From positions 1 through 48,188 of the forward strand of contig CAUWEK010000001.1 of assembly GCA_963557435.1 (NCBI GenBank): DNA of 48,188 nucleotides, read 5' to 3'. Both the position numbers and the translations under genes were made by a program. The first letter of the stretch is position 1. Each line of letters opens with the position of its first letter. The stretch comes from an uncultured Dysosmobacter sp. (lineage in GTDB: Bacteria; Bacillota; Clostridia; Oscillospirales; Oscillospiraceae). Shown one piece after another: positions 19,630 through 31,298 of the stretch. The notes under the pieces were generated by a model. The model saw only the letters and a program-made list of their open reading frames with translations. It searched no databases and was not told where the DNA came from.

Positions 19630-19646
19630 AGCATTTTCCGTGCCAA
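19630..19646 (-). promoter_or_regulatory. Sigma54 -24/-12 promoter of DASS copy 2
   Basis: TTGGCACGGAAAATGCT on the minus strand. Confidence 0.8.
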
Positions 19647-19799
19647 GCCCCGCGTTTTTGTCGAACTTTGCGGGATTTAAACGGTTTTCCATTTGGTAAA
19701 AACAAAGGTTTAACAGTATACAGAGCCTCATTAACAGCATCTTTCCTCTTTGCTGCGGGGCAGCGGCACCGCTTCCGTTGCACCGTTGCGGCATGTTGC

Positions 19800-19836
19800 A
19801 AAAAAAGGGAGAGGCTGCAACAAGCAGCCTCTCCCC
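19800..19836 (-). terminator. Terminator of the sigma54 activator gene
   Basis: GGGAGAGGCTGC-AACAA-GCAGCCTCTCCC preceded by an A-tract (U-tract on the minus strand). Confidence 0.75.
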
Positions 19837-19842
19837 CGCTGT

Positions 19843-21801
<1,959 letters not shown>

Positions 21802-21870
21802 ATGTTCCACCTCGACTTTAACACTTGCAACAATATAGCACGATTCCGGCAAAAAAGGAAGCGTTTCGGC

Positions 21871-21901
21871 AAAAAAAGAGCCGGCCCGCGGCCGGCTCTT
21901 T
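21871..21901 (-). terminator. Terminator after the lyase gene
   Basis: AAAAAAAGAGCCGGC-CCGCG-GCCGGCTCTTT. Confidence 0.75.
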
Positions 21902-21906
21902 CTCCC

Positions 21907-22821
21907 TTACACGCAGGGAGCCTTTTTGTACAGCGGCGTCAGATGGCTGACGATGTTGGCATGGACGTTGGCCTGGATCAGCTCCACCGCCTCATGGAGC
22001 ACGTCGTTGTCGATGCCGGTGGCGATGCCCATCTCGCTCATCATGTTCAGCACGTCCTCGGTGGCCACGTTGCCGGCGGCGCCGGGAGCGAAGGGGCAGC
22101 CGCCCAGGCCGCCGGCGGCGGACTCGAACTTGTGCACGCCCAGCTGCATGCAGGCCAGGGTGTTGGCCAGGGCCAGGCCCCGGGTATCGTGCAGGTGCAT
22201 AACGAAGCGCTCGGGGCCGAACTCCTTGACCAGAGCCTCCATGAGGTCATAGGTGCGCTTGGGGTTGGACATGCCCACCGTGTCGGCGATCATGACCTCC
22301 TCGCAGCCCTGCTCCAGGCCGAAGCGCACCATTTCCGCCACCCGCTCCGTGCGGATCTCCTCGCCGAAGGGGCAGCCCAGGGCCGTGGCCAGAGCCAGGC
22401 GGAAGCGCATCTGGTGGCCATATTGGCCGGCCAGCTCCTTGAACTGGGCCAGGGACTCGTCCGGCGTGCGGCGGACGTTGGCCATGTTGTGCTTTTCGCT
22501 GACGCTGACCACATATGTCAGCTCGTCCACGCCGCACTCCAGAGCCGTCTCCACGCCCCGGGCATTGGGCACCAGGGCCACGGAGCGGACGCCGTGGGCC
22601 TTGAGGGTATCCTTCACCGCCAGCATCACGTCCTTGGCGTCGGCCATCTGGGGAATGGCCTTGGGACTGACGAAGGACACGGCCTCGATGCGCTTGAATC
22701 CGGCCTCCGCCAGCTTCTTGATGATGGCGACCTTGGCGTCGAAGGGGATCAGATCATGCACGTTCTGGAATCCGTCACGAGGACATACCTCGATCAGTTC
22801 CACACTTTCGGGCAGCTTCAT
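21907..22821 (-). CDS. HMG-CoA lyase family (DRE-TIM) acyl-CoA lyase
   Basis: EVCPRDGFQN, SFVSPKAIPQMAD, ADTVG, HLHDTRG..LAN, GLGGCPFAPGAAGNVATED. Confidence 0.93.
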   Translation of the reverse strand: MKLPESVELIEVCPRDGFQNVHDLIPFDAKVAIIKKLAEAGFKRIEAVSFVSPKAIPQMADAKDVMLAVKDTLKAHGVRSVALVPNARGVETALECGVDELTYVVSVSEKHNMANVRRTPDESLAQFKELAGQYGHQMRFRLALATALGCPFGEEIRTERVAEMVRFGLEQGCEEVMIADTVGMSNPKRTYDLMEALVKEFGPERFVMHLHDTRGLALANTLACMQLGVHKFESAAGGLGGCPFAPGAAGNVATEDVLNMMSEMGIATGIDNDVLHEAVELIQANVHANIVSHLTPLYKKAPCV

Positions 22822-22884
22822 ATGCAAAACTCCTTTCAAAAAATAACAGGATATCTTTTGCGTCCCGGAGGGCGCCGTTTGGCT

Positions 22885-24084
22885 TCAGATGACGCCCTGC
22901 TCCTTCAGCTCCGCCAGGCGCTCCGGGCTCAGGCCGAACACGTCTTCATACACGGCCTCGTTGTCCTGGCCCAGGGTGGGCGCGGGCGTACGCAGGCGGG
23001 GCATGCTGTCCATGAGCTTGACGGGGTTGCCGTTGAGCCGCAGGTGTCCCGCCACGGGATGCTCGCAGTCCAGGAACATCTCCCGGGCCTTGGCGATGTG
23101 CTCGTCATTCATGACGGCGGGGATGTCGTTGATGGGGGCGGCAGGCACGCCGGCGGCAAGCACCGCCTCTACCGCCTCGGCGATGGTGTGCTGTGTGGAC
23201 CACTCCTCCACGATCACCTTCAGCTCCGCCTGGTTGGCAAGGCGGTTCACCGGCGTATCGTAGCGGGGGTCTCCCACCAGCTCCGGCCGGTGGAGCACCT
23301 CATTGCACAAAAGGGCGAAGAGCTTGTCGTTGCCACAGCCGATGACAAATTCACCGTCCTTGGCCTTGAAGGAGTCGTAGGGAGCCGCGGAGGGATAGCG
23401 GTTGCCCATGCGCTCGGGCTGGCGGCCGTCCACCTGATAGCGCTGGGTGTTGGTCTCCAGGAAGGAGACCAGGCCGTCCACCAGGGCCACGTCCACCCGC
23501 TGGCCCTTGCCGGTGAACTGCCGGGCGTTCAGGGCGGCCAGGATGCCGATGCAAAGGTTCAGTCCGCCCACCAGGTCGCCGATGGCGCTGCCGGTGCGCA
23601 GAGGGCCGCCGCCGGCCTCGCCGGTCAGGCTCATGATGCCGCTGGTGGCCTGGGCGATGATGTCATAGCCGGGGCGCTGGTGCTTGGGGCCGTAGCTACC
23701 GAAGCCGGACACCGCCGCGTACACGATGCGGGGATTGACCTCCTTCAAAACGTCATAGCCAAGGCCCAGCTTGTCCATAACGCCGGGGCGGTAATTTTCC
23801 ACCACCACGTCGGCGTTTTTCACCATTTCCTTGAAAAGCTCCTTGCCCTCGGGCTTTTTCAGGTTTAATGTAACACCCTTTTTGTTACGGTTCATGTTAC
23901 AGTAATACAGGCTCTCTCCGTTTTTGAAGGGCGGGAATTTGCGGGTGTCGTCTCCAGAGCCGGGGATCTCGATCTTGATGACCTCGGCACCCAGATCCGC
24001 AAGATACATGGTGCAGTAGGGGCCCGCCATGACGCGGGTCAGATCCAGCACCCGGATGTTGCTCAATGCCATGTTGTTTTCCAT
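22885..24084 (-). CDS. CaiB/BaiF (family III) CoA-transferase
   Basis: IRVLDLTRVMAGP, LADLGAEVIKIE, GDDTR, NRNKK, DVVVENYRPG, SGFG..GP, YD..AQA, catalytic Asp in AIGDLVGG. Confidence 0.95.
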   Translation of the reverse strand: MENNMALSNIRVLDLTRVMAGPYCTMYLADLGAEVIKIEIPGSGDDTRKFPPFKNGESLYYCNMNRNKKGVTLNLKKPEGKELFKEMVKNADVVVENYRPGVMDKLGLGYDVLKEVNPRIVYAAVSGFGSYGPKHQRPGYDIIAQATSGIMSLTGEAGGGPLRTGSAIGDLVGGLNLCIGILAALNARQFTGKGQRVDVALVDGLVSFLETNTQRYQVDGRQPERMGNRYPSAAPYDSFKAKDGEFVIGCGNDKLFALLCNEVLHRPELVGDPRYDTPVNRLANQAELKVIVEEWSTQHTIAEAVEAVLAAGVPAAPINDIPAVMNDEHIAKAREMFLDCEHPVAGHLRLNGNPVKLMDSMPRLRTPAPTLGQDNEAVYEDVFGLSPERLAELKEQGVI

Positions 24085-24144
24085 TTCTCGTTCCTCCGAT
24101 CGTTTCAGCGGCAGAATCCGCAGACTGCATTTTCCCTGTTATAA

Positions 24145-24161
24145 AGCAAATCACATGCCAA
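24145..24161 (-). promoter_or_regulatory. Sigma54 -24/-12 promoter of CoA-transferase/lyase operon
   Basis: TTGGCATGTGATTTGCT on the minus strand, 4 nt after the AEC stop codon. Confidence 0.8.
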
Positions 24162-24165
24162 TTTT

Positions 24166-25110
24166 TCAAATGAGTCCCGCGCTGCGCAGGATGAACACCA
24201 CGCCCGTCATGGTGAACAGGGACAAAAGGTGCGTCACCACCACGGCGCCGCAGGCGGTCTTTCCGTTGCCGCCCAGCTTGTCGGTAATGATATAGACGTT
24301 GACGGCCGCAGGCATGGAGCCCACAATGGTCAGCGTCACGATCTGCTCGGCGCTCAGCCCCGCCGCAACGGCCATCACGCCCCAGATGGCGGGCATGACC
24401 AGCAGCTTGATGCCCGACACCCGCAGCAGCAGCGGAAGATCCTCCCGGATGGCGTCCAGCTTGATGCTGGCACCCACCACCAGAAGGGCCATGGTGCTGG
24501 TGGCCACCTGGAGATAGCTCAGGCTCTTGGAGGCCACATAGGGCAGCTCGATGTGGAAATAGGCAAAGGGGAGCCCCGCCAGGATGGCCAGCACCATGGG
24601 GTTTTTCAGCACGCCCAGCAGGATCTTTCCCACGTGGATGCCGCCCTCCCCCTCTTTGACGGTCATCAAAATGACGCCCTGGATGTTGTACAGGGGCAGC
24701 ACCAGAGCCAGGATCACCGCCGTGCTGGCCACGGTATCGCTGTTGTAGATATTTTGCAGCAGGGCCATGCCAAGATAGGCGAAATTGCCCCGGAAGCAGG
24801 CGTGGGCAAAGGCGCTTTGCTTGCTCTTGTCCCGGCACAGCAGGTTGGCGCAGAGCCAGGCCAGAATAAACTGGACCACCACGCCCACCACGGTCACGCC
24901 CACATACCGGGGGTCAAAGGCGGCGGTCAGGTCCGTCTCGCAGATATCCAGAAACAGCTTGGCCGGCAGCATCACATAGTAGACCAGGTTGGTGGTCCTG
25001 GACACATAGTCATCGGAAAAAAGCCCCTTGCGGGCCAGCACATATCCCAGGCCCAGCAGGATGAACAGCGGCAGACTCATATTGAGACTGAAGAGCAGAT
25101 TTTCAAGCAA
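24166..25110 (-). CDS. AEC (auxin efflux carrier/malate permease) family transporter
   Basis: About 10 TM helices; LPAKLF, RGNFAYLG, KNPMV, GIKLLVMP, MPAAVN motifs; TTG start. Confidence 0.88.
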   Translation of the reverse strand: MLENLLFSLNMSLPLFILLGLGYVLARKGLFSDDYVSRTTNLVYYVMLPAKLFLDICETDLTAAFDPRYVGVTVVGVVVQFILAWLCANLLCRDKSKQSAFAHACFRGNFAYLGMALLQNIYNSDTVASTAVILALVLPLYNIQGVILMTVKEGEGGIHVGKILLGVLKNPMVLAILAGLPFAYFHIELPYVASKSLSYLQVATSTMALLVVGASIKLDAIREDLPLLLRVSGIKLLVMPAIWGVMAVAAGLSAEQIVTLTIVGSMPAAVNVYIITDKLGGNGKTACGAVVVTHLLSLFTMTGVVFILRSAGLI

Positions 25111-25157
25111 GCGAATCGTCCCCTTTTCTTAGCGAAGTTTTAACATTTAAAAATACA

Positions 25158-25174
25158 AGCAAATTTCCTGCCAG
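25158..25174 (-). promoter_or_regulatory. Sigma54 -24/-12 promoter of the AEC transporter
   Basis: CTGGCAGGAAATTTGCT on the minus strand. Confidence 0.7.
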
Positions 25175-25185
25175 CTTTTCGCAGG

Positions 25186-25216
25186 AAAACGCGCGGTCGC
25201 CAGGACCGCGCGTTTT
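25186..25216 (-). terminator. Terminator of trkH
   Basis: AAAACGCGCGGTC-GCCAG-GACCGCGCGTTTT. Confidence 0.7.
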
Positions 25217-25219
25217 GCA

Positions 25220-26665
25220 TCAGCCCCGCAGAGAGGGCAGCTTGCGTTTCCAGATAGACGGCGCCAACAGCAGCAGCATGGGGAACAGCTCCAGCCGCCC
25301 GGCCAGCATGTCAAAAGACAGCAGCAACTTAGAGGCATAGGAGAACGAGGAGAAGTTGCCCATGGGGCCCACGATCTCCAGGCCGGGTCCGATGTTGTTC
25401 ATACACGAGGCCACCGCCGTAAAGGTGGTGACGAGGTCCGTATGTTCCAAAGAAAGCAGCAGGCAGGAGATCACAAACAGCGCCAGGTACACCGTGAGAA
25501 ACAGGTGCACGCTGCGGATCTGCTTGTCGCCCAGGGCCTTGCCCTCCATGCGCACGGTAGCCACCGCGTTGGGATGGAGCATCTTGCGCATATCCCCGAA
25601 GGACGTCTTGGCCAGGATGACGATCCGCGCCACCTTGATGCCGCCGCCGGTGGATCCGGCGCAGGCGCCGATAAACATCAGCGTGACCAAAATGGCCTTG
25701 GAAAAAGTGGGCCACTGGTTGAAGTCCACGGTGGCGTAGCCGGTGGTGGTGATGATGGAGGAAACCTGGAAAAACGCGTGGCGCAGGCTCTCTCCCAAAG
25801 ACTCATACAGATGGGCGATGTTGATGGTGATGGCCCCCACCGCCGCCGCCACAATCACGATGTAGGCCCGCAGCTCCTCGGAGCGGAACACATCCCGGAA
25901 CCGGCGGATGAGCAGGAAGTAATAGAGGTTGAAGTTCACACCGAACAGCAGCATGAAAATGCCGATGACCACATCGAAGTAGGCGCTCTGATAGGCGCCC
26001 ACGCTCAGGTTCCGGCAGCTGAAGCCGCCGGTGCCGGCAGTGCCGAAGGCATGGATGCAGGCATCGAACAAGGGCATGCCGCCCAGCAGCAAAAGGACGA
26101 TCTCGATGACGGTCATGACCAGATAGATGCCATAGAGGATCTTGGCCGAGTCGCTCATGCGGCTGACCAGCTTGCCCACGGTGGGGCCGGGCACCTCCGC
26201 CCGCAGCAGGTGCATGCCGTGGCCGTCGCTCATGGGCAGAATGGCCATGACGAACACCAGCACGCCCATGCCGCCCACCCAGTGGGTGAAGCTGCGCCAG
26301 AACAGGCCGCTGCGGCTCAGGGACTCCACCTCCGTGAGGATGCTGGCGCCGGTGGTGGTAAAGCCGGACACCGTTTCAAAAAAGGCGTCCACAAAGTGGG
26401 GGATGTCCCCGGAGATGCAAAAGGGCAGCGCGCCGAAGGCGGACATGGCGATCCACGCCATGGCCACCACGGCCAGGCCGTCTCTTGCAAACAAAGCCAG
26501 GCTCTTGGGCTTTCTGGCGCTCATCAGGGCGCCGCACACCGCCAGCGCCAGGGCCGGCAGCAAAAAGGGCAGAACGGACTCTCCGTACAAAACGGCCACC
26601 AGCATCGGCAAAAGCAGCAGCGCCGCCTCCGTCAGCAGGATCCTGCCCAATATAAAGACGATCAT
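25220..26665 (-). CDS. trkH: TrkH potassium uptake channel
   Basis: Four pore loops FTTTGAS, AGTGGFS, ITTTGYA, NNIGPG; GSTGGGIK; GRLELFP. Confidence 0.95.
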   Translation of the reverse strand: MIVFILGRILLTEAALLLLPMLVAVLYGESVLPFLLPALALAVCGALMSARKPKSLALFARDGLAVVAMAWIAMSAFGALPFCISGDIPHFVDAFFETVSGFTTTGASILTEVESLSRSGLFWRSFTHWVGGMGVLVFVMAILPMSDGHGMHLLRAEVPGPTVGKLVSRMSDSAKILYGIYLVMTVIEIVLLLLGGMPLFDACIHAFGTAGTGGFSCRNLSVGAYQSAYFDVVIGIFMLLFGVNFNLYYFLLIRRFRDVFRSEELRAYIVIVAAAVGAITINIAHLYESLGESLRHAFFQVSSIITTTGYATVDFNQWPTFSKAILVTLMFIGACAGSTGGGIKVARIVILAKTSFGDMRKMLHPNAVATVRMEGKALGDKQIRSVHLFLTVYLALFVISCLLLSLEHTDLVTTFTAVASCMNNIGPGLEIVGPMGNFSSFSYASKLLLSFDMLAGRLELFPMLLLLAPSIWKRKLPSLRG

Positions 26666-26690
26666 GTTGGATGACTCTCCTTCTTCCCGC

Positions 26691-28052
26691 TCAGCGCAGG
26701 ATATCCTGGATATCCCGCAGGGAGGTATCCGTGGTGACGACGATCACGTCGTCATGCAGCCGCAGCACATCCTCGCCGGAGGGAATGATGATCTGCCCGT
26801 TCTGCCGGACGATGCCCGCCAGCAAAATGCCGCTTTTGAGCTGCAGATCCTTCAGCGGCACGCCGATGTAGGGCGCCTCGTGGGTCACGCCGAATTCCAC
26901 GGCCTCCACGGTCTCCCCCGCCACACGGTGCAGCGTTTTGATCTGGGAGCCGGTGGCGTTCTGCATGGCGCGCACATACTGCAAAATGAGCTCCGCGGTC
27001 ACCGAACCGGCGGACACCACACTGTCGATCATGCTCTCGTCCGACACCAGGTCCACCAGCTGCTTGCGGTTGATCTTGGCCACCACCTTGCACGAGCCGG
27101 TCAGCTTGGCGGCGCTCATGGCCATAAGGATATTGGCCTCGTCCAGGCCCGTAAGCGCCACGAAGGCGTCCGTCTGGCGGATGCCCTCCTCATGGAGCAG
27201 CTCGCCGTCGGTACCGTCGCCCACGATGACCAGCGCCCGGGGCAGCCGCTCGCCCATTTCCACGCAGCGCCGCTCATCCCGGTCGATGATCTTCACCGAC
27301 ATCCCCATCTCCAAAAGCTCCTTGGCAAGATAGTAGCACATCTTGCTGGCGCCCACGATCATGACGGAGGACGCCTTGCCCCGGAACACGCCCAGATGCC
27401 GGAAGAACTGCTCCAGCTGGGCGGGAGAGGAGGTCAGGTAGATCTTGTCGCCTGTCCGCAGCTCAAAATCGCCGGAGGGAATGATGGTCTCTCCCTTGCG
27501 GGCCACGGCGCAGATCAGCACCCGCACCCTCAGGTTCCGGTACAGATCGGAAAGCCGCACCCCGTGGAGCATGCTGCCCTCCGGGATCCGGTACTCCACC
27601 AGCTCCATGCGGCCTTTGGAAAAGGACTCCAGCTTGATGGCGTTGGGGAAGCGCAGCACGCGGGCGATCTCGCGGGCCGTGGCCTTCTCCGGGTTGATGA
27701 CCATGGAAAGGCCCAGGTCCTCCCGCATAAAGCGCAGCTGCTTTTCATATTCCGGGTTGCGGATCCGGGCGATGGTATGGCGCACACCCATCTTCTTGGC
27801 CACAAGGCAGGCCACGATGTTGATCTCATCGCTGGACGTGGTGGCGATCAGCAGGTCGGCCTTGTCCGTCTCCGCCTCTTTCTGCACCTCGTAGATGGCG
27901 CCGTTGCCGCACACGCCCATGACGTCATGAATATTAATGATGTTATCAATGAGATGGTAATTGTGGTCGATGACCGTCACCTGATTTTCCTTGGACAGCT
28001 GCTGCGTCAGCGCCAGGCCCACTTTGCCCGCGCCCACGATAATGATTCTCAT
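26691..28052 (-). CDS. trkA: TrkA potassium transport regulatory subunit (two RCK pairs)
   Basis: MRIIIVGAGKVG, DEINIVAC, IARIRNPEY, INPE, second RCK with GDGTD. Confidence 0.95.
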   Translation of the reverse strand: MRIIIVGAGKVGLALTQQLSKENQVTVIDHNYHLIDNIINIHDVMGVCGNGAIYEVQKEAETDKADLLIATTSSDEINIVACLVAKKMGVRHTIARIRNPEYEKQLRFMREDLGLSMVINPEKATAREIARVLRFPNAIKLESFSKGRMELVEYRIPEGSMLHGVRLSDLYRNLRVRVLICAVARKGETIIPSGDFELRTGDKIYLTSSPAQLEQFFRHLGVFRGKASSVMIVGASKMCYYLAKELLEMGMSVKIIDRDERRCVEMGERLPRALVIVGDGTDGELLHEEGIRQTDAFVALTGLDEANILMAMSAAKLTGSCKVVAKINRKQLVDLVSDESMIDSVVSAGSVTAELILQYVRAMQNATGSQIKTLHRVAGETVEAVEFGVTHEAPYIGVPLKDLQLKSGILLAGIVRQNGQIIIPSGEDVLRLHDDVIVVTTDTSLRDIQDILR

Positions 28053-28222
28053 GGTGCTTCCTTTCGTCTTAGCAAGACTGCTCTTCATAAAAGTGTCCGG
28101 GCTTGGCCCGGCAAAGGTCGTGTATTAAGGAATTATAAAGGATATTCTTGTAAAATGGAATACCTTCCAGCCCTTATTGGCACAAATTTTATAGCAGCTT
28201 CCAAAACCCGCCCAGATTTTCC

Positions 28223-28251
28223 TTGACAAACCCTCTGTGCCTGCGTAAAAT
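28223..28251 (+). promoter_or_regulatory. SigA promoter of the fatty-acid synthesis operon
   Basis: TTGACA-17 bp-TAAAAT. Confidence 0.8.
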
Positions 28252-28258
28252 AAGTTCG

Positions 28259-28292
28259 ATTATTTTAGTTAAATATTTTTAATTAAAATAAT
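28259..28292. promoter_or_regulatory. AT-rich 15-4-15 inverted repeat, putative fab operon operator
   Basis: ATTATTTTAGTTAAA-TATT-TTTAATTAAAATAAT (one mismatch) just after the predicted TSS. Confidence 0.6.
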
Positions 28293-28323
28293 TTACATTT
28301 CGACAAAATAAGGAGTACCGTAT

Positions 28324-28554
28324 ATGGAATTCGAGAAAGTACGCGACATCATCGTGGAGACTCTGGGCTGCGAGGCCGATCAGGTGACCCCCGAGGCCAG
28401 CCTGGCTGATGACCTGGGCGCCGACTCCCTGGCTTCTGTGGAGCTGGTGATGGCTCTGGAGGAGGCCACCGGCATCTCCATCGATGACGCCGATGTGGCC
28501 GGTCTGAAGACCGTGGGCGACATCCTCACCTATCTGAAGGCCCACCAGAACTGA
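28324..28554 (+). CDS. acpP: Acyl carrier protein
   Basis: DDLGADSL phosphopantetheine motif; acidic, 76 aa. Confidence 0.97.
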   Translation: MEFEKVRDIIVETLGCEADQVTPEASLADDLGADSLASVELVMALEEATGISIDDADVAGLKTVGDILTYLKAHQN

Positions 28555-28621
28555 CTGTGATCCCCCGCCGGTGAGCCCAGCTCCCCGGCGGGGAAAATCT
28601 TTCCGCCCAGAAAGGAACAAC

Positions 28622-29062
28622 ATGACCAATCAAGAGATTTTTGATCTGATGGACCGCTTCGAGCGCAGCAAGCTGCAATCCATGAAGCTCACCTGTCAGG
28701 ATTTTTCCATAGAGCTGTGCCGGCCGGAGCCGGCGCCTGTATACGCCGCACCTGCGGCGGCCATGCCGGTCCCCGCAGCCCCCGCCGCGCCGGCTGCACC
28801 CTCCGCCGCGCCCGCCGAGGAGGCCCCCGCCATCACCGCGCCCCTGGTGGGCACCTACTATGCCGCCTCCGCCCCGGATCAGGCCCCCTTTGTGGCCGTG
28901 GGTGACAAGGTCTCCAAAGGTCAGACCGTGTGCCTCATCGAGGCCATGAAGATGATGAGCGAGGTGCCCGCCCCCTGCGACTGCGTGATCGAAGAGGTGC
29001 TCAAGGCCAACGGCGAGCTGGTCTCCTTCGGCGAGCCTCTGTTCCGTTACAAGCCATGCTGA
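28622..29062 (+). CDS. accB: Acetyl-CoA carboxylase biotin carboxyl carrier protein
   Basis: Ala/Pro linker, APLVGT, EAMKMM biotinylation motif. Confidence 0.96.
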   Translation: MTNQEIFDLMDRFERSKLQSMKLTCQDFSIELCRPEPAPVYAAPAAAMPVPAAPAAPAAPSAAPAEEAPAITAPLVGTYYAASAPDQAPFVAVGDKVSKGQTVCLIEAMKMMSEVPAPCDCVIEEVLKANGELVSFGEPLFRYKPC

Positions 29063-30447
29063 AGCGGGTATTGATCGCCAACCGGGGCGAGATCGCTCTG
29101 CGGGTGCTGCGGGCCTGCCGGGAGATGGACATCGAGACCGTGGCTGTCTACTCCCAGCCGGACGCAGATGCGCTCCACGTGCAGCTGGCCGGCCAGGCGG
29201 TGTGCATCGGACCGGCCAAGGCCGCGGAGAGTTATCTGAATCAGGACGCCCTTTTGACCGTGGCCAAGGCCACCGGCTGTGACGCCCTGCACCCCGGTTA
29301 CGGCTTTTTGTCTGAAAACGCCGACTTTGCCGACAAATGCGCGGAAGCCGGCATCAAATTCATCGGCCCCAGCGGGGACACCATCCGCAAGGCCGGGTCC
29401 AAGTCCGCCGCCCGGGAATTGATGAAGGCCGCCGGCGTGCCGGTGACCCCCGGCTCCGACGGTCCCGTCTCCTCCGTTCAGGAGGCGCTGGAGGCCGCGC
29501 AGGCCGTGGGCTATCCCGTGCTGCTCAAGGCCAGCGCCGGCGGCGGCGGCCGGGGCATCCGCCGCTGCAACAGCCCCGAGGACCTGCCCTCCGCGTTCGC
29601 CGAGGCAAAGGCGGAGGCCCAGGCGTGCTTCGGCAACGACGAGATGTATCTTGAAAAGCTGGTGCTCTGCCCCCGCCACATCGAGTTTCAGGTGCTGGCG
29701 GACCAGGCGGGCCATGTGATCCATCTGGGTGACCGGGACTGCTCCGTTCAGCGGCGCAACCAAAAGCTCATTGAGGAGGCTCCCGCCCGGTGCCTGACGC
29801 CGCAGCTGCGGGAGAAGATGGGCGAGGCCGCCGTCCGGGCCGCCCGGGCCGTGGGCTACGAGAACGCCGGCACCGTGGAATTTCTCCTGGACGCCGACGG
29901 AGAGCACTTCTATTTCATGGAGATGAACACCCGCATCCAGGTGGAGCACGGCATCACGGAGCTCGTCACCGGTGTGGATCTGGTGCGCCAGCAGCTGCGC
30001 ATCGCCTCCGGCCTCTCCCTGGACATGACCCAGGACGACGTGCGCCTGGAGGGCCATGCCATCGAGTGCCGCATCAACGCCGAGGACCCGTCCAAGGGCT
30101 TCCAGCCCTGCCCGGGCACCGTCTCCTTCCTGCATTTCCCCGGCGGCGCCGGTGTGCGGGTGGATTCCTGCCTCTACAATGGCTGCACCCTCTCCCCCTA
30201 CTATGATTCCATGGCCGCCAAGCTCCTGGTCCACGCGCCCACCCGGCTGGAGGCCATCCGCAAAATGCGCCGCTGCCTGGAGGAATTCACGCTGGAGGGC
30301 TTCCCCACCAACGCGGAGCTGAGCTACCAGATTCTCTACCACCCTGTTTTCGTCCGGGGCAACTGCACCACCGCCTTTTTGGATGAGAACCTGCCGTCGC
30401 TGCTGGACTTCAACCGGCGGCTGAGTGAAAGTGAGGAGCAGGCATGA
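29056..30447 (+). CDS. accC: Acetyl-CoA carboxylase biotin carboxylase
   Basis: [48 protein letters not shown]. Confidence 0.96.
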   Translation: MLKRVLIANRGEIALRVLRACREMDIETVAVYSQPDADALHVQLAGQAVCIGPAKAAESYLNQDALLTVAKATGCDALHPGYGFLSENADFADKCAEAGIKFIGPSGDTIRKAGSKSAARELMKAAGVPVTPGSDGPVSSVQEALEAAQAVGYPVLLKASAGGGGRGIRRCNSPEDLPSAFAEAKAEAQACFGNDEMYLEKLVLCPRHIEFQVLADQAGHVIHLGDRDCSVQRRNQKLIEEAPARCLTPQLREKMGEAAVRAARAVGYENAGTVEFLLDADGEHFYFMEMNTRIQVEHGITELVTGVDLVRQQLRIASGLSLDMTQDDVRLEGHAIECRINAEDPSKGFQPCPGTVSFLHFPGGAGVRVDSCLYNGCTLSPYYDSMAAKLLVHAPTRLEAIRKMRRCLEEFTLEGFPTNAELSYQILYHPVFVRGNCTTAFLDENLPSLLDFNRRLSESEEQA

Positions 30448-31298
30448 ACACGATCTTTGCCAAGCGCCGGGCCCGGCTCCTGGCCATGAAGGCCATGCGG
30501 GACAACTACATTCCCGGCGACAAGCTCGTCACCTGCCCCAAGTGCGGACAGGAGAGTGAGCGGCGCACGGTGGCCCAGGGGCTGTCCGTGTGCCCCAAGT
30601 GCGGCTACCACTTCCCCATCGGCGCCTACTATCGCCTCAGCACCATTCTCGACCCCGGCTCGTTCCGGGAACTGAACCCCAAGCTGGCCGCGGGCGATCC
30701 CCTGCATTTCCCCGGCTATCCGGAAAAGCTCCGCGCCGCCCAGCGCAAAACCGGTCTGAGTGAGGCCGCCGTCACCGCCACGGGCACCATCGGCGGCCAT
30801 AAATGTGTGGTCGGCGTGCTGGACAGCCGGTTTTTCATGGGCTCCATGAGCGCCGCCGTGGGAGAGAAGATCACCCTGGCCATTGAATTTGCCGCGAAAA
30901 ACAAGCTGCCCCTCATCCTCTTTTCCGCCAGCGGCGGTGCCCGCATGCAGGAGGGCATTCTCTCGCTGATGCAGATGGCCAAAACCTCCGCCGCCCTGGC
31001 CCGGTTTTCCGAAAAGGGGCTTTTGTATATCTCCGTGCTGACGGACCCCACCACCGGCGGCGTCACCGCCAGCTTCGCCTCCCTGGGCGACATCATCCTG
31101 GCCGAGCCCGGCGCCCTCATCGGCTTTGCGGGTCCCCGGGTCATCCAGCAGACCATCGGCGAAACGCTGCCCGAGGGCTTTCAGCGCGCGGAGTTCCAGA
31201 TGGAACACGGCTTTGTGGACCAGGTGGTCTGCCGGACGGACATGCGGGACACCCTGGCGCAGCTGCTGCGGCTCCACGAGAAAGGAGGCCGTCCATGA
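30444..31298 (+). CDS. accD: Acetyl-CoA carboxylase carboxyltransferase beta
   Basis: CPKC...CPKC zinc finger, [33 protein letters not shown]. Confidence 0.96.
   Translation: MNTIFAKRRARLLAMKAMRDNYIPGDKLVTCPKCGQESERRTVAQGLSVCPKCGYHFPIGAYYRLSTILDPGSFRELNPKLAAGDPLHFPGYPEKLRAAQRKTGLSEAAVTATGTIGGHKCVVGVLDSRFFMGSMSAAVGEKITLAIEFAAKNKLPLILFSASGGARMQEGILSLMQMAKTSAALARFSEKGLLYISVLTDPTTGGVTASFASLGDIILAEPGALIGFAGPRVIQQTIGETLPEGFQRAEFQMEHGFVDQVVCRTDMRDTLAQLLRLHEKGGRP

Noticed and set aside
28053-28135. Hairpins in the trkA 5' leader as a c-di-AMP (ydaO) riboswitch
   Set aside because: Leader is only about 75 nt and lacks the conserved ydaO sequence elements
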